Source: Cyanidioschyzon merolae
Taxonomy: Eukaryota
Strand: one strand, 5' to 3'
NCBI GenBank assembly: GCA_000091205.1
Contig: AP006496.2
DNA: 64,000 nt
Of this stretch, positions 21,903 through 31,469 are shown one piece after another. The position numbers and the translations under genes are program-made. The notes beneath the pieces were generated by a model. That model searched no databases. It was not told where the DNA came from and saw only the letters and a list, made by a program, of their open reading frames with translations. Each line of letters begins with the position of its first letter. The stretch's first letter is position 1.

Positions 21903-24584
21903 TCAGGGAATCGTCTCGATATCATCGAACCAGACGCGCTCGATTACCGCACAGTTCGGAGCGGCTTCCGCTGCATCACGGTGGTCTCTGGGGTGGCCCT
22001 CCGAGTCGCTCGGTTCAGGTGTTCGCGCTCGATCGATCGGGACCTCGTCAGTCAGCAGCTTATAGCGTCGCTCGTCGCAGCCGTATGGACGTGTTCGCAG
22101 ACAAATCAGGGTGTGCAGGGGAATATCGACGTACGGCACCTGCTCCTGCTTGAGGCCCTTGAAGAAAGCATAGATACTCCGAATAATCGCATTGTGAGCA
22201 ACAATAAGAAGAGGTTTGGTTTGACGTTCAATTTCCAGAATTATCGGTTCGACTCGATGGATCACATCAAGATACGATTCTCCGCTGGGATACCGATAGC
22301 GGAGCTTGTCGGCCTTGCGCGCCTCCCAGACATCGGGAAGCTCGCGTTTGATCTGCTCATAGGTCATGCCTTCGCAGATACCCGCGTTGATTTCGTTCAG
22401 CGAGCGCCAGCAGATGCAGATATCGGTGGGAATGTGACGCACTGTGAGCCAAGTGCGTCGCAACTGAGAGCACCAGACCGTGGGCAGCGGTCTGCCTTGG
22501 AACTCTCGTTGGAGGAATTCACTGAGTCGCTTGGCGTACGCTTCACCACGACGCGTGATCGGTGGATCACCGCCAAGTTGTCCGGTGACATTCCACTCGC
22601 TCTCTCCGTGTCGGGAGAGGTAGATCAGACGCGGAACGATATGCACGCTGGTGAGGTAGGAGACAATTTTGCTCTGGAGGTGACCTTTGAGATTATACAA
22701 TACAAACTTCTTGCCGCCGTCAATGATTTTGACGTAGCTGCACCCCTCGTCCTCGGTGATCGTCTCATTGGCGCGTTCGTAGTTTCTCAGACGATTCTTA
22801 AAGTCGCGGACCGCGTAGTCAGCATCTCGGTCGCGATAATCCGGTGAATTCAGTTTCGTAGCGAGAATATTCTGTTCTACAATGCGTTCATCGTTCACAA
22901 TGGACTCAAGAAAGAGGACTCGGATACCCAGATTTTCGAGGTACTCCCGGACAAAACGTCGGCGCATTTTGGTACTGTTGGTGGCGTCGTAGATGCCCAC
23001 TTGGCCGTTCTCACCGAAAAGCCACTGGTTCATCTCATGGAGTGTACGGCGGGCAAACTCCCAGCGCAAGCGCATGCCCTCATCGTTTTCGGGCGAGAAG
23101 AAAGATGCATCGCAATCGCTGCTCTTCATGAGGCGGCGTCGCATGACGCCCACGTTAAAGATCGCTGTACGGTGACCGAGCCAGTTCAGATACCTCGCAA
23201 CCTGTTGGGCGATATGGGACTTGCCCCTGGCAGGTAGCCCTGCCATCACAATCACCAGTTTGCGAACCATGTACTTTGTTTGGCCGGCTGGTTGCGCCAT
23301 TTCTGGAAGGTCGAGTGCGCTGGAAACGCGCTTTGCCTGAGACTCGATGCGACGAAGAGTCGAAGACGCTGCTAGGACCTCGTCGCCTGTTCCGGAGTGC
23401 ATCGATCCAGCGGCGGCCTGCGCTTCCACCAAGGTACACTGCTCTTGCTCTTGGTGTTCGTGGTGCTGTTGCTCTCGTTCAGGTACGTGGCGAGAATCGG
23501 GCGGTAGCGCACGGGATGTAGCCAGGTGCTGTGGCGGTTCACACGAGGCACCTGGGTCAATGTCCGCGAGACGATTCCCGGTGCCGGTGCCCTCGCCCTC
23601 GCCGCTATACGCAAGTGTTCGATGGTATTGCGGTCGAGCCGCACGGTGCCGGTCAATGAAGGCATCTTGGATACCGCCGTAGGCCTCAGAGGAGTTGTCG
23701 GCGTCGAAGTCTACAGCCAATGGGAATGATTCCTCAGCGAGCACCGGCGTTCGCTCGGTTTCCACCCGTCCACCGCCTGCAAGCAATGACGAATCTGCGC
23801 TCACAGCGTCTTCCTCGCGCTCGTTAGAAAAGCTTCTGGGACTCGGAGCAGCAGCGAGCGGTGCCAAAGACGGCGACTCTGAGCCGACGTTCCAGCGCGA
23901 GCGCCAACCCGCTGCACTCGTGTCATATTGAGACGTTGGAAAAGCACCAGATGCTTCAGCAGTTTGGTCTCCAGTTCCGCTGCCTGAGGGATTTGTTTGC
24001 TGCGCAGGCGAGAGCGGTGTCCAATGCGTGGCGGGTGCACCCTCGGCAGCTGGGGGCTCTGCTTTCTTGGCCGGCTCCGAAGCCACGGTGTTTCGCTCGA
24101 CGTGTGTCTCAGGGACAACACCTGGTGGAGACGGTTCCGAGGCCACCCTTTGCAAGTCTAACTGTTCTAAACAAGAACTTGCGGACGCTACGGCCCCCTG
24201 CTCTGGCGCTGTGGCAAGCGTACCGCTGAACGAGCGAGCGTTCCCGGCAGCAGCGTCCGTCGACGCTTCCGTTAGCGTTCGTTCCTCCCCAGTATGTTTT
24301 TGGCGTCTGGATAATTCACTCTGGATCTCAGCAACGAAAGCAAGCGAGTCATTATAGGAGACTATGCGTTTCATGATAGCCCCAGCGGGGAAGCGCGAGA
24401 CCCGCAACCTCTGTTCCAGCCGTGCGCTACTCCCATAAAAACGCTGCCTTGTTTGACTGATGCGCAGGCCAGACAACGTCATGCGAAGCGCTCGCCTGAC
24501 TGCGCTACTCGAAGGGTCGCTCCCCCGAACTATTTCATACCTGCTTCTGACAGAAAGACTGCTTGAGAAGTGGTGAGGTGTCAT
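21903..24584 (-). CDS. 6-phosphofructo-2-kinase / fructose-2,6-bisphosphatase (bifunctional PFK-2/FBPase-2) with ~430-aa low-complexity N-terminal extension
   Basis: Kinase Walker-A 'VIVMAGLPARGKSHIAQQVARYLNWLG'. Histidine-phosphatase (PGAM-like) 'RLIYLSRHGESEWN' catalytic RHG motif, followed by a conserved bisphosphatase core. Confidence 0.85.
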   Translation of the reverse strand: MTPHHFSSSLSVRSRYEIVRGSDPSSSAVRRALRMTLSGLRISQTRQRFYGSSARLEQRLRVSRFPAGAIMKRIVSYNDSLAFVAEIQSELSRRQKHTGEERTLTEASTDAAAGNARSFSGTLATAPEQGAVASASSCLEQLDLQRVASEPSPPGVVPETHVERNTVASEPAKKAEPPAAEGAPATHWTPLSPAQQTNPSGSGTGDQTAEASGAFPTSQYDTSAAGWRSRWNVGSESPSLAPLAAAPSPRSFSNEREEDAVSADSSLLAGGGRVETERTPVLAEESFPLAVDFDADNSSEAYGGIQDAFIDRHRAARPQYHRTLAYSGEGEGTGTGNRLADIDPGASCEPPQHLATSRALPPDSRHVPEREQQHHEHQEQEQCTLVEAQAAAGSMHSGTGDEVLAASSTLRRIESQAKRVSSALDLPEMAQPAGQTKYMVRKLVIVMAGLPARGKSHIAQQVARYLNWLGHRTAIFNVGVMRRRLMKSSDCDASFFSPENDEGMRLRWEFARRTLHEMNQWLFGENGQVGIYDATNSTKMRRRFVREYLENLGIRVLFLESIVNDERIVEQNILATKLNSPDYRDRDADYAVRDFKNRLRNYERANETITEDEGCSYVKIIDGGKKFVLYNLKGHLQSKIVSYLTSVHIVPRLIYLSRHGESEWNVTGQLGGDPPITRRGEAYAKRLSEFLQREFQGRPLPTVWCSQLRRTWLTVRHIPTDICICWRSLNEINAGICEGMTYEQIKRELPDVWEARKADKLRYRYPSGESYLDVIHRVEPIILEIERQTKPLLIVAHNAIIRSIYAFFKGLKQEQVPYVDIPLHTLICLRTRPYGCDERRYKLLTDEVPIDRARTPEPSDSEGHPRDHRDAAEAAPNCAVIERVWFDDIETIP

Positions 24585-25475
24585 GAAACTTGGAGCGGAG
24601 CGGTGGTTTCATCCCTGGATGCCGTCAGCATTCGCGCCTGTGGAAGGGGTCAGGTTCGCTGCATGATCGACCTCACACCATAAAATACGGTTGCCTTTGC
24701 AGCCTTTCCAAGCCTGGACCAAGCCAGCGTCCTGCGCATTTGGAAAGAAGGTCTTCAGATCGAGCCGGTGTCAGAAACGGCTCGGAAATACTGCGCTGTC
24801 TCCGTTCGGGAACTGTGAATAAGCATGCGGCGCGCTGCAGCAAGTATCAGCACAGCGCGTAGCATTGCATGAGGTCTCTTGTTAGGATCGACCAAGCTTC
24901 CATGCCCAAAAGGAAAAAAAGCTAGTCTGGAGCTTTTGACATGCACATGCATTCGCAGAGGAACGGAAAGAAGGCCGCCTTTCGCCAGACTGGCGCCACC
25001 AAGTGCCCCGAGCTGCAGCATCTCGTTTGATGCATCCTTGCCGGAGTGCACGTGAAGAGACCGAACACAGAGAGCGCTGGAATATCGAGCACCAGTACGG
25101 TTCAGTGAGCGTCGTAGCAGGTACTCACGCCGGGCTCGGTATCCGGATCATCATATCGACATAGCGTGATCCCCAGAGACGAGTCGGGGTCGCACTTCGT
25201 GCAGTTCAGAGCATGCGTAATAACGTGGTGGCTGCTTCTCTAGACGTCGATTACCCTAGTGTACTCGGGGTCTCTGGTGCGATTCCATCATCCGAGAACA
25301 ATCCAGAGACCCAGCCTCTGTGCGCCTTCATACCGGAAATGTTGCCCCTTTGTAGGGCGGGACTGCGCTTTGCTGCATTGCAGCCTCAGCGGCAGGCGTT
25401 TGCGATAAACCTGGTATCTGTAGCAGGGTTGCTGGCGCCTTCACGCCTTGATTCTATAGGGGAAAGCACGCTAGG

Positions 25476-27944
25476 TTGTTGGCGTTGTGGTTTCGGTATT
25501 CGTGTTCGGCGCACGAAGCGGCTGCCAAGGAAACGGGTTTCAGGTCGCAGTTGACGTCAGCGTTGGCGTGCTCGCGACTAGTCCCGCGAAACGCACAGGG
25601 AAGAGAACGCTGTGTTTCTCGTTTTTCCCGGGATATGGCTTTATCTTTCTGGATAGTCACGGTTTGGTTGCTCCTTTTTCTGTCGATAATTGAAAGTGCA
25701 TGCGGATCGATCCTCGAGGAGACGCTTCTGTTTGGAAACGCTGCCGCACAGGAAGGGCGCAGGTGTTGCTGGCTGCTTCGCGACGGCGCCCTAACAGTAA
25801 CGCCACATCGCGAGGAACACGCTGCGCAAGCAGAGCTGCGGATTTATGGGACGCTTTCGAGACTTGTATCTAATAAGCAGAAACCCCTGGCACCTGAGGA
25901 GGTCGAGTTTATCTTTTATCCTTCGACCCAGCGCGAGTATGTAGGGTATCACGCGCCGAACGGAGGCTCGACCGTTCAGTACTGTTGTCCGCTGGAGGCA
26001 GACGCAGAATTGGATGCCTCGACTCCACCAGGGTGTAATGCAGCTACCGGAGGACACGTGTTGGTGGCCACGGCAGTCGCAACACCGCTCACATTACCGC
26101 AACGCAAGATGCGGACAGACTGGCACCGGGGAGCGCTCCTGCGCGCACGTGCACGACATGGCGCACCTGCTGGGCCCTCTGAAGCGCAAACGAATCGAAA
26201 GCAACATCGAGAAAACGTTCCCCAAGGCAAACAAAGCATCGATCGGGGTCGGCCGTGCATCTGCGGGGCACAGCAACGTATGGAATGGTTACGGGACGAG
26301 GCTAGCGATCCGATGCAGCAGCGAGCGCTTCATGATGCAGTGCAACTGAACGCTCAGGAGCAAGGGCAGGAGCATGAGGAGCTAATGAAGCCCCGGATGC
26401 CATTGGATTTGAGCGCTGTTGTTGGACAGCGAGCAGTGGAGCGCATCGCAGGTGTTTGGCATCGACTCCGATACCGATCAGCGGCACAGGAGACACTGGA
26501 ATGCGTCGAACGGGGGCTCGCCACAGTTCGTGTCTCGCGTGACGCAGCTTTGGCACTGGCGGTACCCATTTCCATGGAAAGAGGTAGTTCCGGGGTCGCG
26601 CTTGATACCGCCGAGGCAAAGCCAACAGTTCCAGCTGCCGCCCCAGGACGCCAGCAGCAGCAAACAGAGCGACAAGCGCATCATGATCAGAGAAACGGCG
26701 TTCAATTTGAATACTTGAGGCATACAGAGACTCGCGATGTACAGGCACACGAGCAGGCGCCCTTCAGAGTTATTCCTGTGTTGCAGCAGCGAAAGCAACT
26801 GAATCAGACAACCGCCACGCCCGTTTACCGCTATCGATTGACGCTGCCGCGGTCCAGTTCGCGCATGGATTTCGGAGTGCTCATTTTCCCGGTCCGAGAG
26901 AGCGGCATTCACGAGCTATTGGTGGCCTCGTGTACTGGTACGAATATCAGCATGCACCTCGTTGCCGAATGGCAGAGTGCACACGGCTACCTGGCAGCGG
27001 AGCTCTATCCGCTACTCCCATTCTACGGCTGGATGACAGTGCTTTATGTAGCAGCCGGGGCTGTGTGGATACTCGCCTGCTACGTCCAGCTAGGTCGTCT
27101 CTACACTGCTCAGCATGTGACCACGTTCCTGCTAGTTCTCGGCCTGTTCGAGTCTTTTCTTCATTTTCAGGCATATCACTGGGCGAATCAATCAGGCAAG
27201 CGTATCTGTTGTCCACCGGGTGGCCTCGTCATGATCGGAGATTTCGTTGCAACCGTCCGTAGCACCCTGACCCGCGTACTCGTGCTTGCAGCGAGCATGG
27301 GTTTGCTCCTGCTCTCTCCGAGACTGATGCCCCCGAAAGCACTGCTCCTGAAATGGTTCGCTCTCGTGTATACGTTGAGCGCTGGCTCCCTGGAAATGCT
27401 CGAAACGGTATCACAGGGTCGTCGATCTGGCTTGATGGTCGTCGTGCCGGTCTCAGTACTCGTGTCAATCCTCGAAACACTTTTCTATTTCTGGATGTTG
27501 TTCGCCCTGCGCCAGACCTGGATTGCCCTCCAGCGCCGCGATTTGTCTGAAAAACGTGGACGTTTTCGCATCTTTATCGTCATGCTTGTCGCCTATGCTT
27601 GTTCGGTTTTGGCGTACGTGGGATTCGCGTTTGCTTTTCTCTGGAAAGGGGCAAATGGTCGAGGAGGTATCACTGATGCAAATTGGCATCTTTTCTGGTT
27701 GGTTGGACCCTACCCCGGTCTCGGTACAGGGGCACTCGGTGATACCGCTTCCGTCATGATACTGGCTGCCATCATGTGGATCTGGTTCCCCACAAGCACC
27801 CGACACGAGGAGCTGCTCGGTACCGGAGGCACACCGACTACACCTAATCAGCTGATGACGCTTCCCGCGAAGTCGTCGGCTCTACGGAGAGCGTCTGGAG
27901 AGCGTCTCGAATCCCGTTTCGAGCTGGACGAAGAAAACGACTAG
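25476..27944 (+). CDS. GPR107/GPR108-like (Lung seven-transmembrane receptor family) membrane protein; likely start at Met 25635 with signal peptide
   Basis: C-terminal 7-TM block resembles the Lung_7-TM_R family: 'LPFYGWMTVLYVAAGAVWI…', 'ILETLFYFWMLFALRQTWIALQRR', '…IMWIWFPTS'. Internal Met followed by 'ALSFWIVTVWLLLFLSIIESACG' is a classic signal peptide. Large lumenal domain with an extended Gln/Glu-rich insertion. Confidence 0.55.
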   Translation: MLALWFRYSCSAHEAAAKETGFRSQLTSALACSRLVPRNAQGRERCVSRFSRDMALSFWIVTVWLLLFLSIIESACGSILEETLLFGNAAAQEGRRCCWLLRDGALTVTPHREEHAAQAELRIYGTLSRLVSNKQKPLAPEEVEFIFYPSTQREYVGYHAPNGGSTVQYCCPLEADAELDASTPPGCNAATGGHVLVATAVATPLTLPQRKMRTDWHRGALLRARARHGAPAGPSEAQTNRKQHRENVPQGKQSIDRGRPCICGAQQRMEWLRDEASDPMQQRALHDAVQLNAQEQGQEHEELMKPRMPLDLSAVVGQRAVERIAGVWHRLRYRSAAQETLECVERGLATVRVSRDAALALAVPISMERGSSGVALDTAEAKPTVPAAAPGRQQQQTERQAHHDQRNGVQFEYLRHTETRDVQAHEQAPFRVIPVLQQRKQLNQTTATPVYRYRLTLPRSSSRMDFGVLIFPVRESGIHELLVASCTGTNISMHLVAEWQSAHGYLAAELYPLLPFYGWMTVLYVAAGAVWILACYVQLGRLYTAQHVTTFLLVLGLFESFLHFQAYHWANQSGKRICCPPGGLVMIGDFVATVRSTLTRVLVLAASMGLLLLSPRLMPPKALLLKWFALVYTLSAGSLEMLETVSQGRRSGLMVVVPVSVLVSILETLFYFWMLFALRQTWIALQRRDLSEKRGRFRIFIVMLVAYACSVLAYVGFAFAFLWKGANGRGGITDANWHLFWLVGPYPGLGTGALGDTASVMILAAIMWIWFPTSTRHEELLGTGGTPTTPNQLMTLPAKSSALRRASGERLESRFELDEEND

Positions 27945-28483
27945 GACGCGGGAGACGACTGGCATCGATCACGATTGCGACGCTGCCGAAGCTGCTGCGG
28001 TTCATAGAGCGAGATCCCTGCGATTACGTAAACAGCGGTATACCGATGTATAGGCATAGCGCGCACCGGGAGCTTGTGTGTTCGCGATCCGCCTCAGGTT
28101 CATGAGGACCGACATTGATCCCCAGCTAGCTGCTGCGGTGCCTTGCCGAGCGTATCTTGTCGGAGCAGCAGGACGCTGATGTGCCTGGCTTCTGGATGTC
28201 AGTATCCGGCACTTGATCAGCAGATCCTTTATCAGACGAAGTGATTCTATATTATTGAAAAATCGACGAGCTGGAGCCCATGACATGAATCGAGACCGCA
28301 TGCACAGTCCTGCCCGTTCGCTTTGAAGATATCGCTCGTCAGAGGTCGGAGCAGCTATCAAAGTATATGCATAAGACTATCTCCTCGTCAATAGGTTCCG
28401 TCGCTCACGTTGTTTAGGCTCAATGAAGCGAAAACGTTTCGCAACTATCGGGTGCAAGAATACCCACCCGCAGATGCCTCCCA

Positions 28484-29893
28484 GTCTTTTTTCGACGGGC
28501 CTCTTGGCATCGGCTTCAGTTTCTCCTTGAATACTTCGAGCTTCAGAGGCTACACTACAAAGACGGAACGCGTCAGCTCTGCGGGTCTGGTCGACAGCAC
28601 TGCACATCGTCTGGTATTCATGGAGATGTTGAAGGATCGGTTTACGAACTCTTTGCGATTTGTTGCCGCTGGTGGAACTCACCGTTGCAAGGGTTGTGTA
28701 GAGCTCGCGCCTGCTGTGCTTCGACAGTCTCGTCTTCGTCCCGCTGGGCAAATACGTTTTCTCGACGATCTCCCCTCTTCTCCTTCTCCTTCTCCTTCTC
28801 CTTCGTCGCTTGCGCTTCTTCGCTCGATGGTCGGTGAGAAGAGGATTTTTCCGTTTCTCTTCCAGGCGGCTGGCGATGACGGCCCTCGTGTATCCCCGAC
28901 TTTCATGTCCATTACTTTCACGTGGATTCCCTTATTTCTTCAAAATGAATGCATTTTTTATGCCGCTAGGTTGGGATGTTCCCGAAGAAGACCGGGGTTT
29001 GCGCAAGAAAGCTGACCTGTGCTCCCGATTTGTCGCTGTGTGCAGAACGCTTCTGCGATTCCTCCAGTGCAGCAATCATTACGTTGCATGATAAAAAACA
29101 CTCCCTTGCTGAGGTTGAATCACGCACCGTACGGAGTAATGAAAAGCAACTCGACCCCGATATCATCGGCAAAAGCCCTAACGCAAAGGGAATGGTAACA
29201 TGCAACATTGTCCATTGGAAGCACGTCGCCAGACGTCAGGGAGAGGTCACCCGTGAATCGACCAGGTCGGTGCTGTTGTGTGCGCCTTCTCTAGGAGCGA
29301 ACGTGATTCTGCCACCCGGGCCCACTCCAGATAAATCCGATGAGGATATCATCGCTCTCTTCGAGCTTCAACAGACGTACAATGAGCGCCCTGCTCCGCG
29401 AATACCCATATACGCACCGCCCGTTTCACCCGAAGCAAGTCTCATCGACAGAAAAAACACACCAGCGTCACTCGGCTTCATATCGATAGCGACTCTCCAT
29501 GAACGCTGTCGTTGCGATTTCAGTGGATGTTGGTCGTGCGTGAAGCTGGACTTTTCTGCGACGGTATCCCAGTGATTTCAGGACCACACGAACAAGCTGT
29601 TGAGAAACAGAGATGCCCGTGGCGGCCTCTATCGTCGCTTTTGCTTTCCGTAACGTAAACGAGGGGTCGTTTTCTACCATTTCCCGCAAGCGCGCTTTGA
29701 GAATATCGGTTTTAGGTGCAGAGCGCTTGTACTTCTTCCTTTCAGCGTTCCTCAACCATCTGAGTACCGTGGTATGACTAACTTGAAGGAGAGATGCAGT
29801 CTTCCTTGAACTTTTCAGTAAAGAATATATCCTCCAGGCAATTCTTCTACGATCTACAGGGTACATTCCATAGTGACTTTGTTCGCTTGCTAC
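28484..29893 (-). mobile_element. Tc1/mariner/IS630-superfamily-like transposon remnant, family 2 copy A (~1.41 kb)
   Basis: 98-99 % identical, inverted copy of 40452..41858 (translated ORFs differ by 1-3 aa). Contains a transposase N-terminal HTH ORF and an internal (TCTCCT)n microsatellite. Boundaries come from direct alignment of both copies ('cagtcttttttcgacgggcc' … 'ctttgttcgcttgctacacac'). Confidence 0.8.
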
Positions 29894-29950
29894 ACACCCC
29901 AGCAGCCGTGAAACGAATCTGGGTTGAAATACGATAAACAACGTCATCAT
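29468..29950 (-). pseudogene. Truncated Tc1/mariner/IS630-type transposase (paired-like double HTH only; DDE domain absent)
   Basis: '…YSLLKSSRKTASLLQVSHTTVLRWLRN…KRSAPKTDILKARLREMVENDPSFTLRKAKATIEAATGISVSQQLVRVVLKSLGYRRRKVQLHARPTSTE…' has the HTH1, GRPR-like linker and HTH2 arrangement of Tc1/IS630 transposases. The ORF stops where the DDE catalytic core should begin. Confidence 0.6.
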
Positions 29951-30337
29951 GAACGACGATGCGCGTTTTCATAGTGTACGAGCGATGCTTCGAAACACGG
30001 ATACTTCGGATGTGCGGTGATTCTCGGCAACAATGACAACGCATGTGACGTTGTCAGAGCGCATGCTGTCGCAGACCTCAAAAAAGAACTTGATTCTGGT
30101 TAGAGCAAGCTCCACAACGGTGTTGCAGCAGAGCTTTTTCGTTCATATGCGCAACAGACACACATCGACACCAAGACAAGACTATGAAAAGCTATGAAAC
30201 GAATGTACGAGAGGCGAGTTCGGAGGCATCAGCACCAGTCAATCCAGTCGTAACTGCGACAGCGATGCATGCATCCATGAGGAGGTCTTGCTCATCATTA
30301 TCAACATTCCTGCTCAACATGGGCTTTCATAACGTCT

Positions 30338-31312
30338 TTACTCGACATGATGGAGCCAGTGCAATGTAAACGCACCAGATGCTGCATCGTCTTGTCTGTT
30401 CATGAACGCGTACAAAGCATCGTCGCCGGAAAGCGCCCAGAGGAACGCTGCCGCCCTGGTCGCTTCGTCTCGGAGTTTCTCCTCATTGGTTAGCCATTGC
30501 GAAAAGGTTTCCTCATCGCCAATCTCTATCCCACTCGAATACGTTGGTCGATAGAAGTGCGCAATGGTTTCCGCTCGATCCTGAAGCAGCGAAAACAGCT
30601 GACGCAGCGCTTCCAACGCCCGCTGATGCAGCGTCTCTGCGTAGACCCAGCGTCTTCGGGTACGTCGGAGGGCACCAACGCCAGGCTCCAAACGCTCTGC
30701 GCTCTCGCTCATTGTTGCTTGAATGCGTTTCACCAGGTGCGCGACTCGGATCCAAAGTCGATGTGGATGAAGCTGGTAGAGCGCACTCACGCCAGTCAAG
30801 CCGGCAGGCAGTGGCTCTGCTGCACCTAGAGCGGCAATCACCAGCGGACACTCGTCTATCTGTCGCATGACTGCGCCAACGAACTGTTTTAGTGGGGTTG
30901 CAAGAGGCGCCTCTAGTTGATCGCGGTACCTGCACGCGTGCTTCAGTCGGCGCCAACACGCAAAGAGCGCGAACCATTGGTTCCCATTTCGAACGAGCCC
31001 TTTAGCACCTTCCAATAGCTCTATGAAGCGAACGGCTGTACGCGCAGTCTCACGTTCAAGGCTCGTTGCCTCCATACAAAGTCGCTTACCCTCTGAAGCG
31101 GCTTCATCGCACGATGAGGACGCTGCGCAGACAAGCCACGCTCCCGAGTCTGCGTCGAAATAGTTGCGGTGCTCCCGCTGCCATCGGCTAAATGAGAGCA
31201 CTGCTCTGGAAACTCGCTCCTCTAGCGTTTCCAAGGACGTCTCATCCTCGGACATAAACGTTTCCAGTGCCAGTTGTTGTCGGAGCGAAGGCTGGTGTTC
31301 GAAACACCACAC
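30338..31312 (-). CDS. Hypothetical protein (324 aa), no recognised domain
   Basis: Uninterrupted ORF in a gene-dense block with protein-like composition. No motif recognised. Confidence 0.3.
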   Translation of the reverse strand: MWCFEHQPSLRQQLALETFMSEDETSLETLEERVSRAVLSFSRWQREHRNYFDADSGAWLVCAASSSCDEAASEGKRLCMEATSLERETARTAVRFIELLEGAKGLVRNGNQWFALFACWRRLKHACRYRDQLEAPLATPLKQFVGAVMRQIDECPLVIAALGAAEPLPAGLTGVSALYQLHPHRLWIRVAHLVKRIQATMSESAERLEPGVGALRRTRRRWVYAETLHQRALEALRQLFSLLQDRAETIAHFYRPTYSSGIEIGDEETFSQWLTNEEKLRDEATRAAAFLWALSGDDALYAFMNRQDDAASGAFTLHWLHHVE

Positions 31313-31469
31313 TGGTGCGTTTCGGCATCGAGCAGCAGCGCGGGTGCTTCACAACGCCTCTGCCGCTGTTCCCAGTGCGCTCTGTGCGAGCACGTTTCCT
31401 ACAAGCGACCTGGGGTTCGTCTGACGGAAGACCGGCAAAGCAGAGCGAGGTACGTTTCCAAGCGGAGGT

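Noticed and set aside
21981-22847. 288-aa plus-strand ORF antisense to PFK-2/FBPase-2
   Set aside because: It is a shadow ORF over the conserved catalytic core of the minus-strand gene. No motif recognised.
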